A DNA stretch of 64,000 nt from Syntrophorhabdaceae bacterium (GCA_963665295.1 OY762209.1:3616001-3680000), one strand, 5' to 3'. Shown: positions 46,881 through 57,921, counted from the stretch's first letter. Numbers and translations: made by a program. Notes: generated from the letters alone by a model not told the origin.

Positions 46881-47307
46881 TATTACCGGAACTTTGCCGG
46901 CTCATTAACTCCTCTTCGAATCCCCACATCCTCAGTCGGTCATCCGCCTGGATTTCACTCTCCTGACCTGCAAACCTGTTCTTGTCGTAGTGGCCGAGAT
47001 ATAGATGGGCAAATTCGTGGGCAATGATATACATGATCTCATGGGGAGGACACTTGCTGAAATTGGTGACAAAGACGACGAGCGCCCGATCGCCCCTTCC
47101 CGGAGCATAGAACAGGGAATCAAGGCCTAACACGGTATTTCCCGTGGTCTTGAGTATGTGCACATTCTTCTCGTATACAATCGATTTCAGATCGCGGAAG
47201 GGAATACGCATGAGGCATTCTCTCAGATAATAGATGAAATTGAAATCATCGGAGCCGATGATCCTGTCCGTCATCTGATCTATCAATAGCTCTTTCTCAG
47301 GATTCAT
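46873..47307 (-). CDS. Small HExxH metallopeptidase-like protein
   Basis: IIAHEFAHLYLGH...ESEIQADD. Confidence 0.65.
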   Translation of the reverse strand: MNPEKELLIDQMTDRIIGSDDFNFIYYLRECLMRIPFRDLKSIVYEKNVHILKTTGNTVLGLDSLFYAPGRGDRALVVFVTNFSKCPPHEIMYIIAHEFAHLYLGHYDKNRFAGQESEIQADDRLRMWGFEEELMSRQSSGNIT

Positions 47308-47324
47308 CGACGGCCTTCCTATGG

Positions 47325-47924
47325 TCAACGCGGCAGGCCCGTCCTGACATGTTTCCGGCCCAAATCATCGAGGGCCAGGTTGAGGAGGAGCACATTGACC
47401 CTGTCCTCGCCCATGAAGCGAAGGAGGGAAGGTTCAATGTGGCGCTCGACCAGACCCTGGAGTTCCTCTTCCGTGAGCCTTCGCGCTCTCGCTACCCTGC
47501 TTATCTGAACCATTGCCGCTTGAGGGGTGATATGGGGGTCGAGTCCGCTGGCGGAAGCGAGGACGAGGTCGGCAGGGACCGGGACGTCCCGGGGAATGCG
47601 GTTTTCTTCACGGACCTTCAGGACCCGCTTACCCACAAGGTCAAGGAATTTTGCGTTTGAAGGGCCGGAGTTGCTTCCACCGGAATTGCCGGCATCATAC
47701 GGTTTTTCCAAGGCAGAGGGACGGCCGTGGAAGTATCCGACGGTGGTGAACTGCTGTCCGATAAGGGAGGACCCCATTATTTCCTTATCGAATGTGATGA
47801 GACTCCCGTTGGCTTCCTTGCGGAATTCGAGGTGAGCTATTCCTGTAATAACGATTGGATAGGCGATACCTGTGAGAAGTGACATTATAACGAACATGCG
47901 CAGGGACCGGATTAATTCTTTCAT
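47325..47924 (-). CDS. kdpC: K+-transporting ATPase subunit C
   Basis: ANGSLI, IGQQF, YFHGRPSA, SASGLDPHI. Confidence 0.96.
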   Translation of the reverse strand: MKELIRSLRMFVIMSLLTGIAYPIVITGIAHLEFRKEANGSLITFDKEIMGSSLIGQQFTTVGYFHGRPSALEKPYDAGNSGGSNSGPSNAKFLDLVGKRVLKVREENRIPRDVPVPADLVLASASGLDPHITPQAAMVQISRVARARRLTEEELQGLVERHIEPSLLRFMGEDRVNVLLLNLALDDLGRKHVRTGLPR

Positions 47925-47933
47925 CTCTTCCTC

Positions 47934-49970
47934 CTATGCAAGATGCAGGAACACGATGAGCAGGTCTATCATCTTTATTCCCACAAAAGGCAGTATGAGT
48001 CCCCCAACGCCATAGATGAGGAGATTGCGCCACAGGAGTGTCATGGCGGCCACGGGACGGTATTTGATGCCCTTGAGTGACAGGGGAATGAGAAGGGGGA
48101 TGATTACGGCGTTAAATATTATCGCCGAGAGGACGGCGCTGTTCGGTGTGGAAAGCCACATGATATTGAGAATGCCCAGCATGGGGAACGAAGGGACAAA
48201 GATAGCGGGTATGATGGCGAAGTATTTTGCCACATCGTTGGCGACGCTGAAGGTAGTAAGGGCCCCTCTGGTCATGAGTATTTGCTTCCCGATCTCGACG
48301 ATATCGAGAAGCTTGGTCGGGTTGGAATCGAGGTCGACCATGTTGGCCGCTTCTCTGGACGCCTGAGTTCCCGCATTCATCGCAACGGCCACGTCGGCCT
48401 GGGCAAGGGCAGGGGCGTCGTTGGTCCCGTCTCCGATCATGGCCACCAGGTTGCCCTCGGCCTGATACTTACGGATCAGGTTCAGTTTCTCCTCAGGGCG
48501 GGCCTGGGCCACGAAATCGTCGATCCCTGCTTCAGCCGCAATCGCGGCGGCGGTAAGGGGGTTGTCCCCTGTTATCATTATGGAGCGTATCCCGAGCAGG
48601 CGAAGCTGGGAGAGTCGTTCTTTTATCCCTTCCTTGAGAACATCTTTGAGATATACCACACCCAGGGCCCTCGCGGAATCGGCCACTACAAGAGGCGTTC
48701 CCCCTTCACGGGCTACTCTGTCCACGGCCTTGGAAATACTTCCGTCCACCACTCCACCCTTTCCCTGCACGAACGCGGTGACTGCGTCCGTGGCCCCCTT
48801 ACGTATCTCCCTGTCATTCCAGGTTATACCGCTCATGCGGAGTTCGGGGGTAAAAGGGATGAACCTTGCGTCGGGTGCCGTCTTGATATCGCGACCTCTG
48901 ATATCGAGACGGTGTTTCGCCAAAGCGACAATGCTTCGTCCTTCGGGTGTTTCGTCGGCAAGAGACCCGAGAAGGGCTGCCTCGATCAATTCTTCATCCC
49001 TAACGCCGGAGGCCGGGATGAAATCCGTCGCCATGCGGTTCCCTAAAGTGATTGTCCCCGTCTTATCCAGGAGAACTACGTTTACATCGCCCGACGCTTC
49101 AACGGCGCGTCCGCTCAAGGCAATCACATTGTGCTGGATGAGACGGTCCATCCCCGCGATGCCGATAGCAGGGAGAAGCCCCCCTATGGTGGTAGGGATA
49201 AGACAGACGAGAAGGGCCACAAGCACGGGCAGCGTAACCACTGCGCCGGTGTATTTTGCGAAAGGCGCCAGGGTGCCCACTACCACGACAAAAAGCACGG
49301 TGAGACCGACCAGAAGAATCTCGAGGGCCCGCTCATTCGGCGTCTTCTGCCGGCTGGCGCTTTCCACCATGGAGATCATGTGGTCAAGAAACGTTTCGCC
49401 CGGGTTGGCCGTAATGCGGATGGTAATGCGTCCGGACAGGATGCGTGTACCGCCGGTCACGCCGGTACGGTCGCCCTTTGCTTCCCGTATCACGGGCGCC
49501 GACTCGCCCGTGACGGCCGATTCATCCACAAGGGCCACTCCTTCCTCTATTTCTCCATCGCCGGGTATGGGGTCGTTGTCTTCCGCGACCACGAGGTCGC
49601 CCTTTCGGAGAGAGAGGGCAGGGATGGTTTCGGTTTGTCCTTCGCAAGTCAGGCGCTTGGCGTATGCCTCGCTTTGAGCGCGTCTCAACGTCTCGGCCTG
49701 CGCTTTGCCCCGGCCTTCGGCGAGAGCTTCGGCAAAATTGGCGAACAAGACGGTAAACCATAGCCAGACGCTGATATGGATGTTGAACCCGAAGGGACCG
49801 CCGTAGATCAGATTGTTGACGGATATCGCCGTGGTGATGACCGACACCATTTCCACCACGAACATGACGGGGTTATGCCACAAGACCCGCGGGTCGAGGC
49901 GGAGAAAGGCCCCTTTTACTGAGGAACTTATCAAGTCGCCCTGCCAGAATTTGATTTTGTCGTTTTCCAC
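47934..49970 (-). CDS. kdpB: K+-transporting ATPase subunit B
   Basis: [21 protein letters not shown]. Confidence 0.98.
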   Translation of the reverse strand: MENDKIKFWQGDLISSSVKGAFLRLDPRVLWHNPVMFVVEMVSVITTAISVNNLIYGGPFGFNIHISVWLWFTVLFANFAEALAEGRGKAQAETLRRAQSEAYAKRLTCEGQTETIPALSLRKGDLVVAEDNDPIPGDGEIEEGVALVDESAVTGESAPVIREAKGDRTGVTGGTRILSGRITIRITANPGETFLDHMISMVESASRQKTPNERALEILLVGLTVLFVVVVGTLAPFAKYTGAVVTLPVLVALLVCLIPTTIGGLLPAIGIAGMDRLIQHNVIALSGRAVEASGDVNVVLLDKTGTITLGNRMATDFIPASGVRDEELIEAALLGSLADETPEGRSIVALAKHRLDIRGRDIKTAPDARFIPFTPELRMSGITWNDREIRKGATDAVTAFVQGKGGVVDGSISKAVDRVAREGGTPLVVADSARALGVVYLKDVLKEGIKERLSQLRLLGIRSIMITGDNPLTAAAIAAEAGIDDFVAQARPEEKLNLIRKYQAEGNLVAMIGDGTNDAPALAQADVAVAMNAGTQASREAANMVDLDSNPTKLLDIVEIGKQILMTRGALTTFSVANDVAKYFAIIPAIFVPSFPMLGILNIMWLSTPNSAVLSAIIFNAVIIPLLIPLSLKGIKYRPVAAMTLLWRNLLIYGVGGLILPFVGIKMIDLLIVFLHLA

Positions 49971-49982
49971 AGTTATTTCCTC

Positions 49983-51686
49983 CTAGAAAGTGCGGCCGGC
50001 AAGGATCAGCAGATGTTCGAGAAACGGGCCGAGCACGAGGGATGGAAAAAACGTGAGGGCACCGACAATAAGAACGACCCCTACAAGGAGGGCGGCAAAG
50101 AGCGGGCTTGCCGTGGGAAAGGTGGCCGAGCTCGGAGGCACGCTCTTCTTCGCGGAGAGCGATCCCGCGATGGCCAGGGCGGGCAAAATGGTGAGAAAGC
50201 GTCCTACAAGCATGACAAAGCCCGTGGTAAGGTTATAGAATACCGTGTTGGCGTTGAGTCCCGCGAAGGCCGACCCGTTGTTTCCTGCGGCGGAGAAGAA
50301 AGCGTAGAGAATCTCGGAAAGGCCGTGGGGCCCGGCATTTCCGAGGCTGGAAAGACCCGCGGAGGTGAAAACGGCCACGCTCGCGAAGATAAGGGACGCG
50401 ACGGCAGGGGCGATGACGGCGATCACCGCCATGACCATCTCTCTCACCTCAAGTTTCTTGCCGAGGAACTCCGGGGTGCGTCCTATCATGAGACCTGCGA
50501 GAAACATGGCGAGAATCGCGTACATGAGCATACCGATGAGACCGACACCCACACCGCCGAAGATCACCTCCCCCACAGCCATGTTAAACATGTATATGAG
50601 ACCGGTAAAAGGCATCATGCTGTCGTGCATCGCATTTACCGACCCGTTTGACGTGGCGGAAGTCGCCTGACCCCAGAGGGCGGAAGGGCCCACGCCGAAC
50701 CTTATTTCTTTGCCTTCCAGATTGATGCCGCCCGTAACTCCCGATTTCACGAGAAGCGGATTTCCACTCCACTCGGCCCATTGCGTGACACCTAACCCGA
50801 TCACGAAAAGCACCATCATGGAGGCAAAGATCGCCCAGCCCTGGCGTCGGTTATTGACCATGTGTCCGAAGGTGAAGGGTAGGGCCACGGGTATGAGCAG
50901 GATGGCAAGTATTTCCATAAAACCGGAGAGAGGCGTGGGGTTCTCAAAGGGGTGGGCCGAATTTGCGTTGAAAAAACCGCCTCCATTCGACCCGAGTTGC
51001 TTGACGGCGATCTGTGAGGCTGCGGGGCCCACGGCGATAATCTGCTCAGATCCTTCCAGGGTGTGGGCCTTCACAGAGGGATTGAAGGTCTGCACCACTC
51101 CTTGAGAGAGGAGGAGGACGGCGAAGATAATGGTGAGAGGAAGGAGAATGTAGAGTACGGAACGGGTCATGTCTACCCAGAAATTGCCCACGGTATTTTT
51201 CAGTGTGTATGTGAAGCCCCGTATGAGAGGGATCATGACCGCCATTCCCACTGCCGAGGAGACGAAGTTCTGGACCGTGAGTCCCACCATCTGGGTAAAA
51301 TAACTCATAGTCGATTCGCCCCCGTAAGCCTGCCAATTAGTGTTGGTCACGAAGGATATGGCGGCATTTACCGCCGTATCCCAGCGGACGCCTTCAAACC
51401 CGTTTGGGTTGAGGGGGAGCCGACCCTGCATGACCTGGAGCAGGAAGAGTATGAGGATGCCGATTGCATTGAAGAGAAGAAAAGCGAGGGAATACTGCTT
51501 CCAGGTCATTTCCTCGTTCTTTCTCACCCCTGAGAGACGGTAGATTCCTGACTCGACAGGAAGCAACGCGAAGCTCAGAAGAGTACGCCGTCCTGTATAG
51601 ACCTTTGCCATATAACTGCCCAAAGGTATGGCCAAGGCCATGAGAACGGTAAAAAATACACCCATATACAAAATGTTGCCCGTCAT
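49983..51686 (-). CDS. kdpA: K+-transporting ATPase subunit A
   Basis: TNTNWQAY, NGGGFFNANSAHPFENP, SNGS, NNGSAF; start set at MTGNIL. Confidence 0.97.
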   Translation of the reverse strand: MTGNILYMGVFFTVLMALAIPLGSYMAKVYTGRRTLLSFALLPVESGIYRLSGVRKNEEMTWKQYSLAFLLFNAIGILILFLLQVMQGRLPLNPNGFEGVRWDTAVNAAISFVTNTNWQAYGGESTMSYFTQMVGLTVQNFVSSAVGMAVMIPLIRGFTYTLKNTVGNFWVDMTRSVLYILLPLTIIFAVLLLSQGVVQTFNPSVKAHTLEGSEQIIAVGPAASQIAVKQLGSNGGGFFNANSAHPFENPTPLSGFMEILAILLIPVALPFTFGHMVNNRRQGWAIFASMMVLFVIGLGVTQWAEWSGNPLLVKSGVTGGINLEGKEIRFGVGPSALWGQATSATSNGSVNAMHDSMMPFTGLIYMFNMAVGEVIFGGVGVGLIGMLMYAILAMFLAGLMIGRTPEFLGKKLEVREMVMAVIAVIAPAVASLIFASVAVFTSAGLSSLGNAGPHGLSEILYAFFSAAGNNGSAFAGLNANTVFYNLTTGFVMLVGRFLTILPALAIAGSLSAKKSVPPSSATFPTASPLFAALLVGVVLIVGALTFFPSLVLGPFLEHLLILAGRTF

Positions 51687-51772
51687 TGCGCTGATCCTCC
51701 CTATGGGAAATGCCCATGAAAAGATTTTAAGCATTTCAGTATAAGTTTGGTGTCAAGAGATAGAGGCTAAAC

Positions 51773-51789
51773 GTAAAGAAGAAATAAAG
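51773..51789 (-). promoter_or_regulatory. Putative KdpE-binding site
   Basis: Minus strand CTTTATTTCTTCTTTAC resembles the E. coli TTTATACTTTTTTTACA box; TATACT at 51738-51743. Confidence 0.55.
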
Positions 51790-51808
51790 ATGGCAGCATG
51801 GAGGCGAC

Positions 51809-52501
51809 TCAGTCGCTTGTGACAAGCCTGTACCCTACGCCCGATTCAGTTATGATGAATACGGGCTGTGACGGGTCCGCCTCGATCTTCCTGCGTATCT
51901 GACCGATATAGATGCGGAGGTAATGGGTTTCGTCCTGGAAATTAGGCCCCCATATGGCGCGGAGAAGCTGGCGATGGGTGACTACCCGTCCTGCCTTGAG
52001 GGCGAGATACTTGAGAATGTCGTACTCCGTGGGTGTGAACTTGACCTCTTTCCCTCTAACCAGGACATTGCGACGGGCCATATCGAGGGTCAGTTCTCCG
52101 AAGGTAAGAACCGGTTCATCTTCTGTTTTGGCGGTGTGTCTGAGAGCCACGCGGATCCGGGCGAGAAGTTCTCCCATGCTGAACGGTTTGGTCACATAGT
52201 CGTCTGCGCCGGCATCAAGGGCCTTGATCTTGTCACTCTCGTGCTCTCGCACGGAGAGGACGATGATCGGGGTTGCGGTCCACTCCCGGAGTCTCGTGAT
52301 CACTTCGATGCCGTCTATGTCGAGCAGACCGAGGTCCAAAATAATAAGATCCGGATGGAACATAGTCGTACGGTTCAGGCCTTCGTGGCCCGACGCCGCC
52401 TCGGCGATACCATATCCATAGCCTGACAGGGCTGTGGAGAGCATGCGCCGGATCTGTTTTTCATCATCTATCACCAATATACGGGCGCCATCAGATTCCA
52501 T
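51809..52501 (-). CDS. kdpE: Response regulator KdpE
   Basis: VIDDE, ILDLGL, GADDYVTKPF, HYLRIYIGQIRRKIE. Confidence 0.93.
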   Translation of the reverse strand: MESDGARILVIDDEKQIRRMLSTALSGYGYGIAEAASGHEGLNRTTMFHPDLIILDLGLLDIDGIEVITRLREWTATPIIVLSVREHESDKIKALDAGADDYVTKPFSMGELLARIRVALRHTAKTEDEPVLTFGELTLDMARRNVLVRGKEVKFTPTEYDILKYLALKAGRVVTHRQLLRAIWGPNFQDETHYLRIYIGQIRRKIEADPSQPVFIITESGVGYRLVTSD

Positions 52502-54083
52502 AATCTGCTCCTTCCTCAGTGTGAGGTCCGCCTGGGGGTTTCCCGATCACGGGCAGGGAAAAGGTAAACCGATTGCCATACTCCGGAGAGGGGTCCACCC
52601 ATATTTTGCCGCCGTGGGCTTCAATAATTCCCTTGCAGATAGAAAGGCCGAGCCCGGTCCCCCCAATCTGTTTCGAGTAATGCAATCGGTAGAATTTGTC
52701 GAATACACGCTCCCGCTCTGTGGCGGGAACAGGCGGACTTTGATCCGTCACGGTAAAACAGAGCGACTCATCCCTGTAAAGGGCGAAGACGGAAATATCG
52801 CTGCCCTGAGGAGAATACTTGGCGGCGTTTTCCAGCAGGTTTATCACCACGTGTTCGATAAGCCCGAAATCTATACTCACAAGAGGAAGGTCCGAAGGGA
52901 TATCGATATGCAACGGGTGGTCCTGAAGGACATCTTTGAGTTCCCTGAGGGCAACTCCCAGGATGTCCTGAATATCGCACCACTGTTTGTTCAGCCTTAA
53001 CATGCCGCCCTCGAGCCTCACCATATCAAGGAGATTTGCCACGAAATGGTTCATGCGCACGGCTTCTTCCTTAATTGTCTGCAATAGAACCGTTTTGGTT
53101 TCCGCGTCGTATGGGGTATCTCCGGAGAGCAGACTCGTCACGGCGCCCGTAATTGAGGCGAGAGGTGTGCGAAGGTCGTGAGAGATGGAATTAAGCAACG
53201 CAGCATGGAGTTTTTCCGATTCAGCGAGCCACTGCGCCTGCTCTGCTTCCTTCGCGAGGTGCACCCTGATTATGGCCACTGCTCCGAGGTTTGCGAAAGC
53301 CTCGATAAGCTGCCTCTGCTCGGAGCCGAACCCGTCGGTATTCGCGTTAAACCGGATGGCAAGGACCGCCAGGGTCTTATCTTCGATGGAGATTGGGAAA
53401 AAGGTCAGGTCCGTTCCCCTGAGAGTGTCCGTCCCCTTTCCCGCGTACCGGCCGTGCTGGAAGACCCAGTGCGCTACGGCCCGCTCTCTGTCGTCAGCCA
53501 GGGCCATACCGGGAGACGAGGAAACTATCTCGCGAAGGGGTCCGACATCGGTTTCAGGCGACAGCACGATCGCCTCGCCGTCCACGGCGTGAGCAATAGT
53601 CGTTACGAAGGTCTCCAGCACCTGAATGAGGTCCGTTTTGGCGGCGATTTCCCGGCTCAAGCTATACAGGGCCAGCGTTCTCCTCTCACGCAGGAGCGCC
53701 TTTTCCGCTTCATCGCGAAGTCGTGTTGCCATCGTTCCTGTCACCAGCGCCACGAGCAGGTAAATGGCAAACACAAAAATATAGCGTATCTCCTCTACTG
53801 CGAAGGTGAGGTAGGGGGGGACGAAAAAGAAATCGAATGCCAGTACCCCGAGGAATGAGGCAAAGAGGGAGGGGCCTCGACCCCATCGCACCGCGCTCAC
53901 GAGCACCGGCAGGAGATATAATAGTGAGATGTTTATCCGGTCAAGGATGGGGTCGAAAGCCTTGCCTAACCCGGTAATGAACGCAACGGCGAGGAAAGAC
54001 CAGAGATAGAGCCTGAGAGAATCAATGAGCGGGCGGGGTGTATCTACCGACACCTTGTTTCCTTTCTTGTCTTCGCCATCCAT
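52491..54083 (-). CDS. kdpD: KdpD-type histidine kinase (TM + GAF + HisKA + HATPase) without the N-terminal KdpD/Usp domains
   Basis: AFDFFFVPP, SISHDLRTPL, NLLENAAKYS, GTGLGL. Confidence 0.88.
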   Translation of the reverse strand: MDGEDKKGNKVSVDTPRPLIDSLRLYLWSFLAVAFITGLGKAFDPILDRINISLLYLLPVLVSAVRWGRGPSLFASFLGVLAFDFFFVPPYLTFAVEEIRYIFVFAIYLLVALVTGTMATRLRDEAEKALLRERRTLALYSLSREIAAKTDLIQVLETFVTTIAHAVDGEAIVLSPETDVGPLREIVSSSPGMALADDRERAVAHWVFQHGRYAGKGTDTLRGTDLTFFPISIEDKTLAVLAIRFNANTDGFGSEQRQLIEAFANLGAVAIIRVHLAKEAEQAQWLAESEKLHAALLNSISHDLRTPLASITGAVTSLLSGDTPYDAETKTVLLQTIKEEAVRMNHFVANLLDMVRLEGGMLRLNKQWCDIQDILGVALRELKDVLQDHPLHIDIPSDLPLVSIDFGLIEHVVINLLENAAKYSPQGSDISVFALYRDESLCFTVTDQSPPVPATERERVFDKFYRLHYSKQIGGTGLGLSICKGIIEAHGGKIWVDPSPEYGNRFTFSLPVIGKPPGGPHTEEGADYGI

Positions 54084-54237
54084 AAAAGTACCGTCTTCGT
54101 TTTTTTCATGATATAACAGTTCCCCGACGGAATCTATGGTTAATTCCGGCAGTCGGTGCGCTGGAAAGGGCGGAACCGCCTTCCTTGCGACAGGTCTGAG
54201 ACAGGGAAGGCGAGGCCATGAAAGCCTCCGAACTAGT

Positions 54238-56158
54238 CTGAAGTTCCCCGCCCAATATTAACCCATCACCTTGATATTCCAATGATTATGGCAGAAATTG
54301 ATTTCCCGTTACTGGCTACAGTCCGAGGAGGGCAAGGGCGCGGGCCTGGAGAGGTGTCGGATCAGTAAGAAGGGTGAAGGCCGGGGCCATGGAGTCCAAA
54401 ACCATCCTGCACCGGTTTTTGCATCGGGTCCCCAGTGCGGCAAGGAGGGTACGGAAGCTCTGGACGGGAAGGCCGTCAGGGGTGAGCTTGGTGGTCTTCT
54501 TTTTCTTTGCGGAAGAAGATGACTCCGCGGGCTTTACCGGGTCTCTCGTCGTTCGTGAGAGGGGAAGCTCCTCATCGTCGAAGAGCAGCGGCGTAAGGGC
54601 CTCCCTCATATGCCACTCTACGTAATAGGCGAGGGTGCAGAGAAAGATGTGGGCTCGCACGTGATCCTCGGTACGGTGGTGAATGGGACGGACGAGAAGA
54701 TCGATGCCCTTCAAGGTCCTGAAGGCCCGCTCTACCCGGGCAAGGTTCTTGTAGTTCCGTACCACATCGGCGGGAGGAAGGGCTGGTTCACTCGTACGGA
54801 TCACATAGATCCCGTCGAGGGCTTCTTCTTCGGTGATTGACTCCTCGTTCCGGGCGAATGAGAAGGACCCGTCTCCGATGGTAAGGATAAAGTGCTTCGC
54901 CATCTTGTGATCGTTGACTACCGCGCCGACTTTCTTCCCTATCTCCGCTGCGGAAAGAGGCGTCCTTGTCCTTCTCCCGACCGCCCGTACAATGGAGGAC
55001 AACTTCTTTTCCGTCACATCGAGGAGCGCGTTTCTTTTCCTCTTTCTCTCTTCGGCAAGAAGGGGGTTGAAGCAAGCGATGAGCCTTTCCCCCGGATACT
55101 CGGGAGAGGTGATTTCCGCAAAGTCCTGGGTATCGAAGAGGGACATCTGGATGCTCCCCTGTCCCACAAGCTCGCGTATGGCGGAAGACCTGAGGGCCGA
55201 TATCCACCCTATGCCGGGCATCTCCTTTATCTTTGTAATCTGTGTCTCCGTAAGCATGCCCCTGTCGCCCACGAGGACGAGGTGATCGAGACCGAATCTT
55301 TCTTTGAGCTTTGCCGTCTGGTCGGGAATGGTAGAGGGATCGCCCGTATTCCCCGGATAGACGGTAACTGCAACAGGTCGGCCTTCGTGATCGGTGAGTA
55401 CTCCATAGACGATGATCCTCTTTCCCTTTTCATCCCGGTCATGGCCGAACTGCGCAAGGGGACAGGTGTGGCCCTCGTAGTAACTGCTCGTCACATCGTA
55501 GAGCACGAGCGAGCCCTCGGTAAGGTGCTTATTCGCCAGCTTCTTCTCGATCCGCTCCTGTCTTGCCAAAAGCCAGTCCAGGGCATCATAGAGTTCGTCC
55601 TCATCGGCATCTGCAACCGAGAGTTCCTCCGCCACCGAAGTAGTATGCCAGAGCCTCGTAGTTGCTAATTTCGATGAGGGGTGGATGAGGCGTTCCACGA
55701 TCATGGCGATTACGAGGTCTCTCTCCCTTCCAGGCTTCGAGGCAATGACCGTATCAAGGCCAAGCTTCTTTATTGTCCCGAGTATGGCCTCCACATGGCC
55801 GTGGGGGAGAGACTGCTCAACCTTAAAGGCTTCCTTCGGAGAGACGAGAGACTCCCCTTTCAATACACGCCTCAAGAGCTCGATCTTCTCTTCCGGCCAA
55901 TCAGTGAGGTTTGCGACTGTCTTCTTCTTTATCTTTTTGCCTTCCCTCCATGCCTCCCTCAAGAGGATGGCGGGCCGGGAGTTGCGGTTGGGGATGCTTT
56001 CGATGTACATGGAACATATATAGCAAATAGCTTACCTACATGTCAAGTACATAATGCACTATTACATGGCAACAAGTAGAAGATATGATTATCACCCTAT
56101 TCCCGTCATTTCAACGGGATAGAGTGATATTGGGGGGATTTCACAGGGGGAACTTCGG
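54238..56158 (-). mobile_element. IS1634-family insertion sequence
   Basis: IRs CTGAAGTTCCCC / GGGGAACTTCGG, each flanked by ACTAGT (54232-54237, 56159-56164). Confidence 0.85.
54316..56010 (-). CDS. IS1634-family transposase
   Basis: LYDVTSSYYEG, LVGDRGM, YKNLARVERAFRTLK, RPIHHR. Confidence 0.93.
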   Translation of the reverse strand: MYIESIPNRNSRPAILLREAWREGKKIKKKTVANLTDWPEEKIELLRRVLKGESLVSPKEAFKVEQSLPHGHVEAILGTIKKLGLDTVIASKPGRERDLVIAMIVERLIHPSSKLATTRLWHTTSVAEELSVADADEDELYDALDWLLARQERIEKKLANKHLTEGSLVLYDVTSSYYEGHTCPLAQFGHDRDEKGKRIIVYGVLTDHEGRPVAVTVYPGNTGDPSTIPDQTAKLKERFGLDHLVLVGDRGMLTETQITKIKEMPGIGWISALRSSAIRELVGQGSIQMSLFDTQDFAEITSPEYPGERLIACFNPLLAEERKRKRNALLDVTEKKLSSIVRAVGRRTRTPLSAAEIGKKVGAVVNDHKMAKHFILTIGDGSFSFARNEESITEEEALDGIYVIRTSEPALPPADVVRNYKNLARVERAFRTLKGIDLLVRPIHHRTEDHVRAHIFLCTLAYYVEWHMREALTPLLFDDEELPLSRTTRDPVKPAESSSSAKKKKTTKLTPDGLPVQSFRTLLAALGTRCKNRCRMVLDSMAPAFTLLTDPTPLQARALALLGL

Positions 56159-56159
56159 A

Positions 56160-57083
56160 CTAGTGATCAGGCTCGGGGTGAACGGTAACATCGGAACCGG
56201 GCAGGACCCTACGGATCGCAGCCTCTATCTCCTCCGTCAGGTCGTGGGCCTGTCTCAGCGTCAGGTCGCCACTGATGTATACGTGCAGGTCGACGAAAAA
56301 TTGACTGCCCGCAGTGCGAATGCGGACGCTGTGGCAATTGAGGACGTCCGGCAGTGCTTGCACCGCGTCGACGATCTTCTCTTCAGCGCCGACGGGCGCT
56401 GAATCGAGGAGGGCATTGATGGTCCGAATGCCCAGTTTTGCGCTTATCTGGATTACTATCAGGCCTACTATGATGGCCGCCACCGTGTCCGCATAGTGAA
56501 GAAAGGGGTACGCATTTAACCACTCATGCAACTTTACGCAAAAGAGTCCCAGAAGTACTACCCCGGAACTCCAGATGTCGGTGCCAAAGTGCAGGGCGTC
56601 GGCCTCAAGGGCCTGACTGTTGAATTCTCGCGCGGTACGATAAAGCATGCGGGATCTTGAGAAATCGACTGCAATCGATACGACTATGACGGCGAAAGAC
56701 CATATATTGACCTCAATCTCGATTTTGCCGGAGACGATACGCTGAACTGCGGTATAGATAATCCAGAAACACGTGACAAGCAAAAGGATTGTCTCGATGA
56801 AGGCCGAGATGTTCTCTACCTTGCCGTGGCCGTATGGATGCTCATGATCCGCAGGTTTGTCGGATTTCCTCACCGCCACTGCCGTTATTATGGCTGCCAC
56901 AAGGTCCAAGCCTGAATGGGCGGCTTCAGCAAGCAGACCAAGGCTTCCCGTGATGAGGCCGACGACGAGCTTGAACCCGGTCAGGGCAAAGGCGGCAGCC
57001 ACCGAACTACCCGCGACCCGTTGCTTTTTATGTTGTCCTTTGGTCTTCACTGAACTCTTGGCTCTCATGGGAAAAGCAATCAC
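56160..57083 (-). CDS. Cation diffusion facilitator transporter (FieF-like)
   Basis: AEAAHSGLD, KPADHEHPYGHGKVE, ADALHFGTD, VHPEP. Confidence 0.92.
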   Translation of the reverse strand: MIAFPMRAKSSVKTKGQHKKQRVAGSSVAAAFALTGFKLVVGLITGSLGLLAEAAHSGLDLVAAIITAVAVRKSDKPADHEHPYGHGKVENISAFIETILLLVTCFWIIYTAVQRIVSGKIEIEVNIWSFAVIVVSIAVDFSRSRMLYRTAREFNSQALEADALHFGTDIWSSGVVLLGLFCVKLHEWLNAYPFLHYADTVAAIIVGLIVIQISAKLGIRTINALLDSAPVGAEEKIVDAVQALPDVLNCHSVRIRTAGSQFFVDLHVYISGDLTLRQAHDLTEEIEAAIRRVLPGSDVTVHPEPDH

Positions 57084-57104
57084 TCCTTATTGCAAGTAAT
57101 CGTT

Positions 57105-57265
57105 GAAACCGTCTTGTCTCCAAAACCGCGACGCGGAGTGAGAGTGTTTCTTCCGGCCGTACAGGTTTGAGCCGGCGCACCTCGTCCGTGCAGGGTGAGC
57201 CTATGGCGGCCACGGTACGTAGTCCTCCGGGTATCGTTCATTGACCGGGGCAGCGAAGGGGGCAC
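57105..57265 (-). pseudogene. MaoC-like dehydratase remnant with internal deletion
   Basis: ERYPEDYVP in one frame joined to GSPCTDEVRRLKPVRPEETLSLRVAVLETR in another. Confidence 0.55.
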
Positions 57266-57489
57266 TACCCAGTTCGGTTCTTCCCTGTTTGAAATAATGG
57301 GCTGTTCCTGTACGCCATAATCCTTCGGACTCCCGGGCATTTGGTGCCTCTATGTTCTTAAAGGAGATTGGGGGCCCGGGTCAAGGAAAAAAGTATTAAA
57401 TAAAAGTTTATTGCAACTTATTTGATAGCGTTTTATAATATAGCAAGGGGATGAGGATCAGGCTCTTGTGATCAAAAGGAGGTACGTCC

Positions 57490-57921
57490 GTGAAGAAATC
57501 TATCCTTTTATCCGTTATAGTGGCAGGGGTCATAGCTGTTTGCGTCGCAGGGACATCATTGTGGTCCGCAACGACCCAACCCGAGAGTGCATCCGCGACG
57601 GCAGGCGAGGTTACGTGTCCCGCAAGCGGATCAAACCCCTATGTGAGTTCGACTTTTCCATCCAATACCTTGTTGCAGGCGATTGTTTTTAATGCGTACC
57701 CCACGGCAAAAGGCGCCCCGATGAAGTTCATGGGGAAGTTTCAGGCCAGCGGCACCGGGGTATATACGTGGAATGCTTACTCCTACGCGAGTGCGACAGG
57801 GGATTTTAACCTTTATTCGATAAACCTCGTAAAGACGGACACGAACTACTGGCTTTACACCTTTACCATTAGTACCACTACGTGTAGCGGACTTCTGCAG
57901 AAAACGTATACTACGAACTGA
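57490..57921 (+). CDS. Exported hypothetical protein
   Basis: Signal peptide; AGGAGG RBS. Confidence 0.7.
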   Translation: MKKSILLSVIVAGVIAVCVAGTSLWSATTQPESASATAGEVTCPASGSNPYVSSTFPSNTLLQAIVFNAYPTAKGAPMKFMGKFQASGTGVYTWNAYSYASATGDFNLYSINLVKTDTNYWLYTFTISTTTCSGLLQKTYTTN

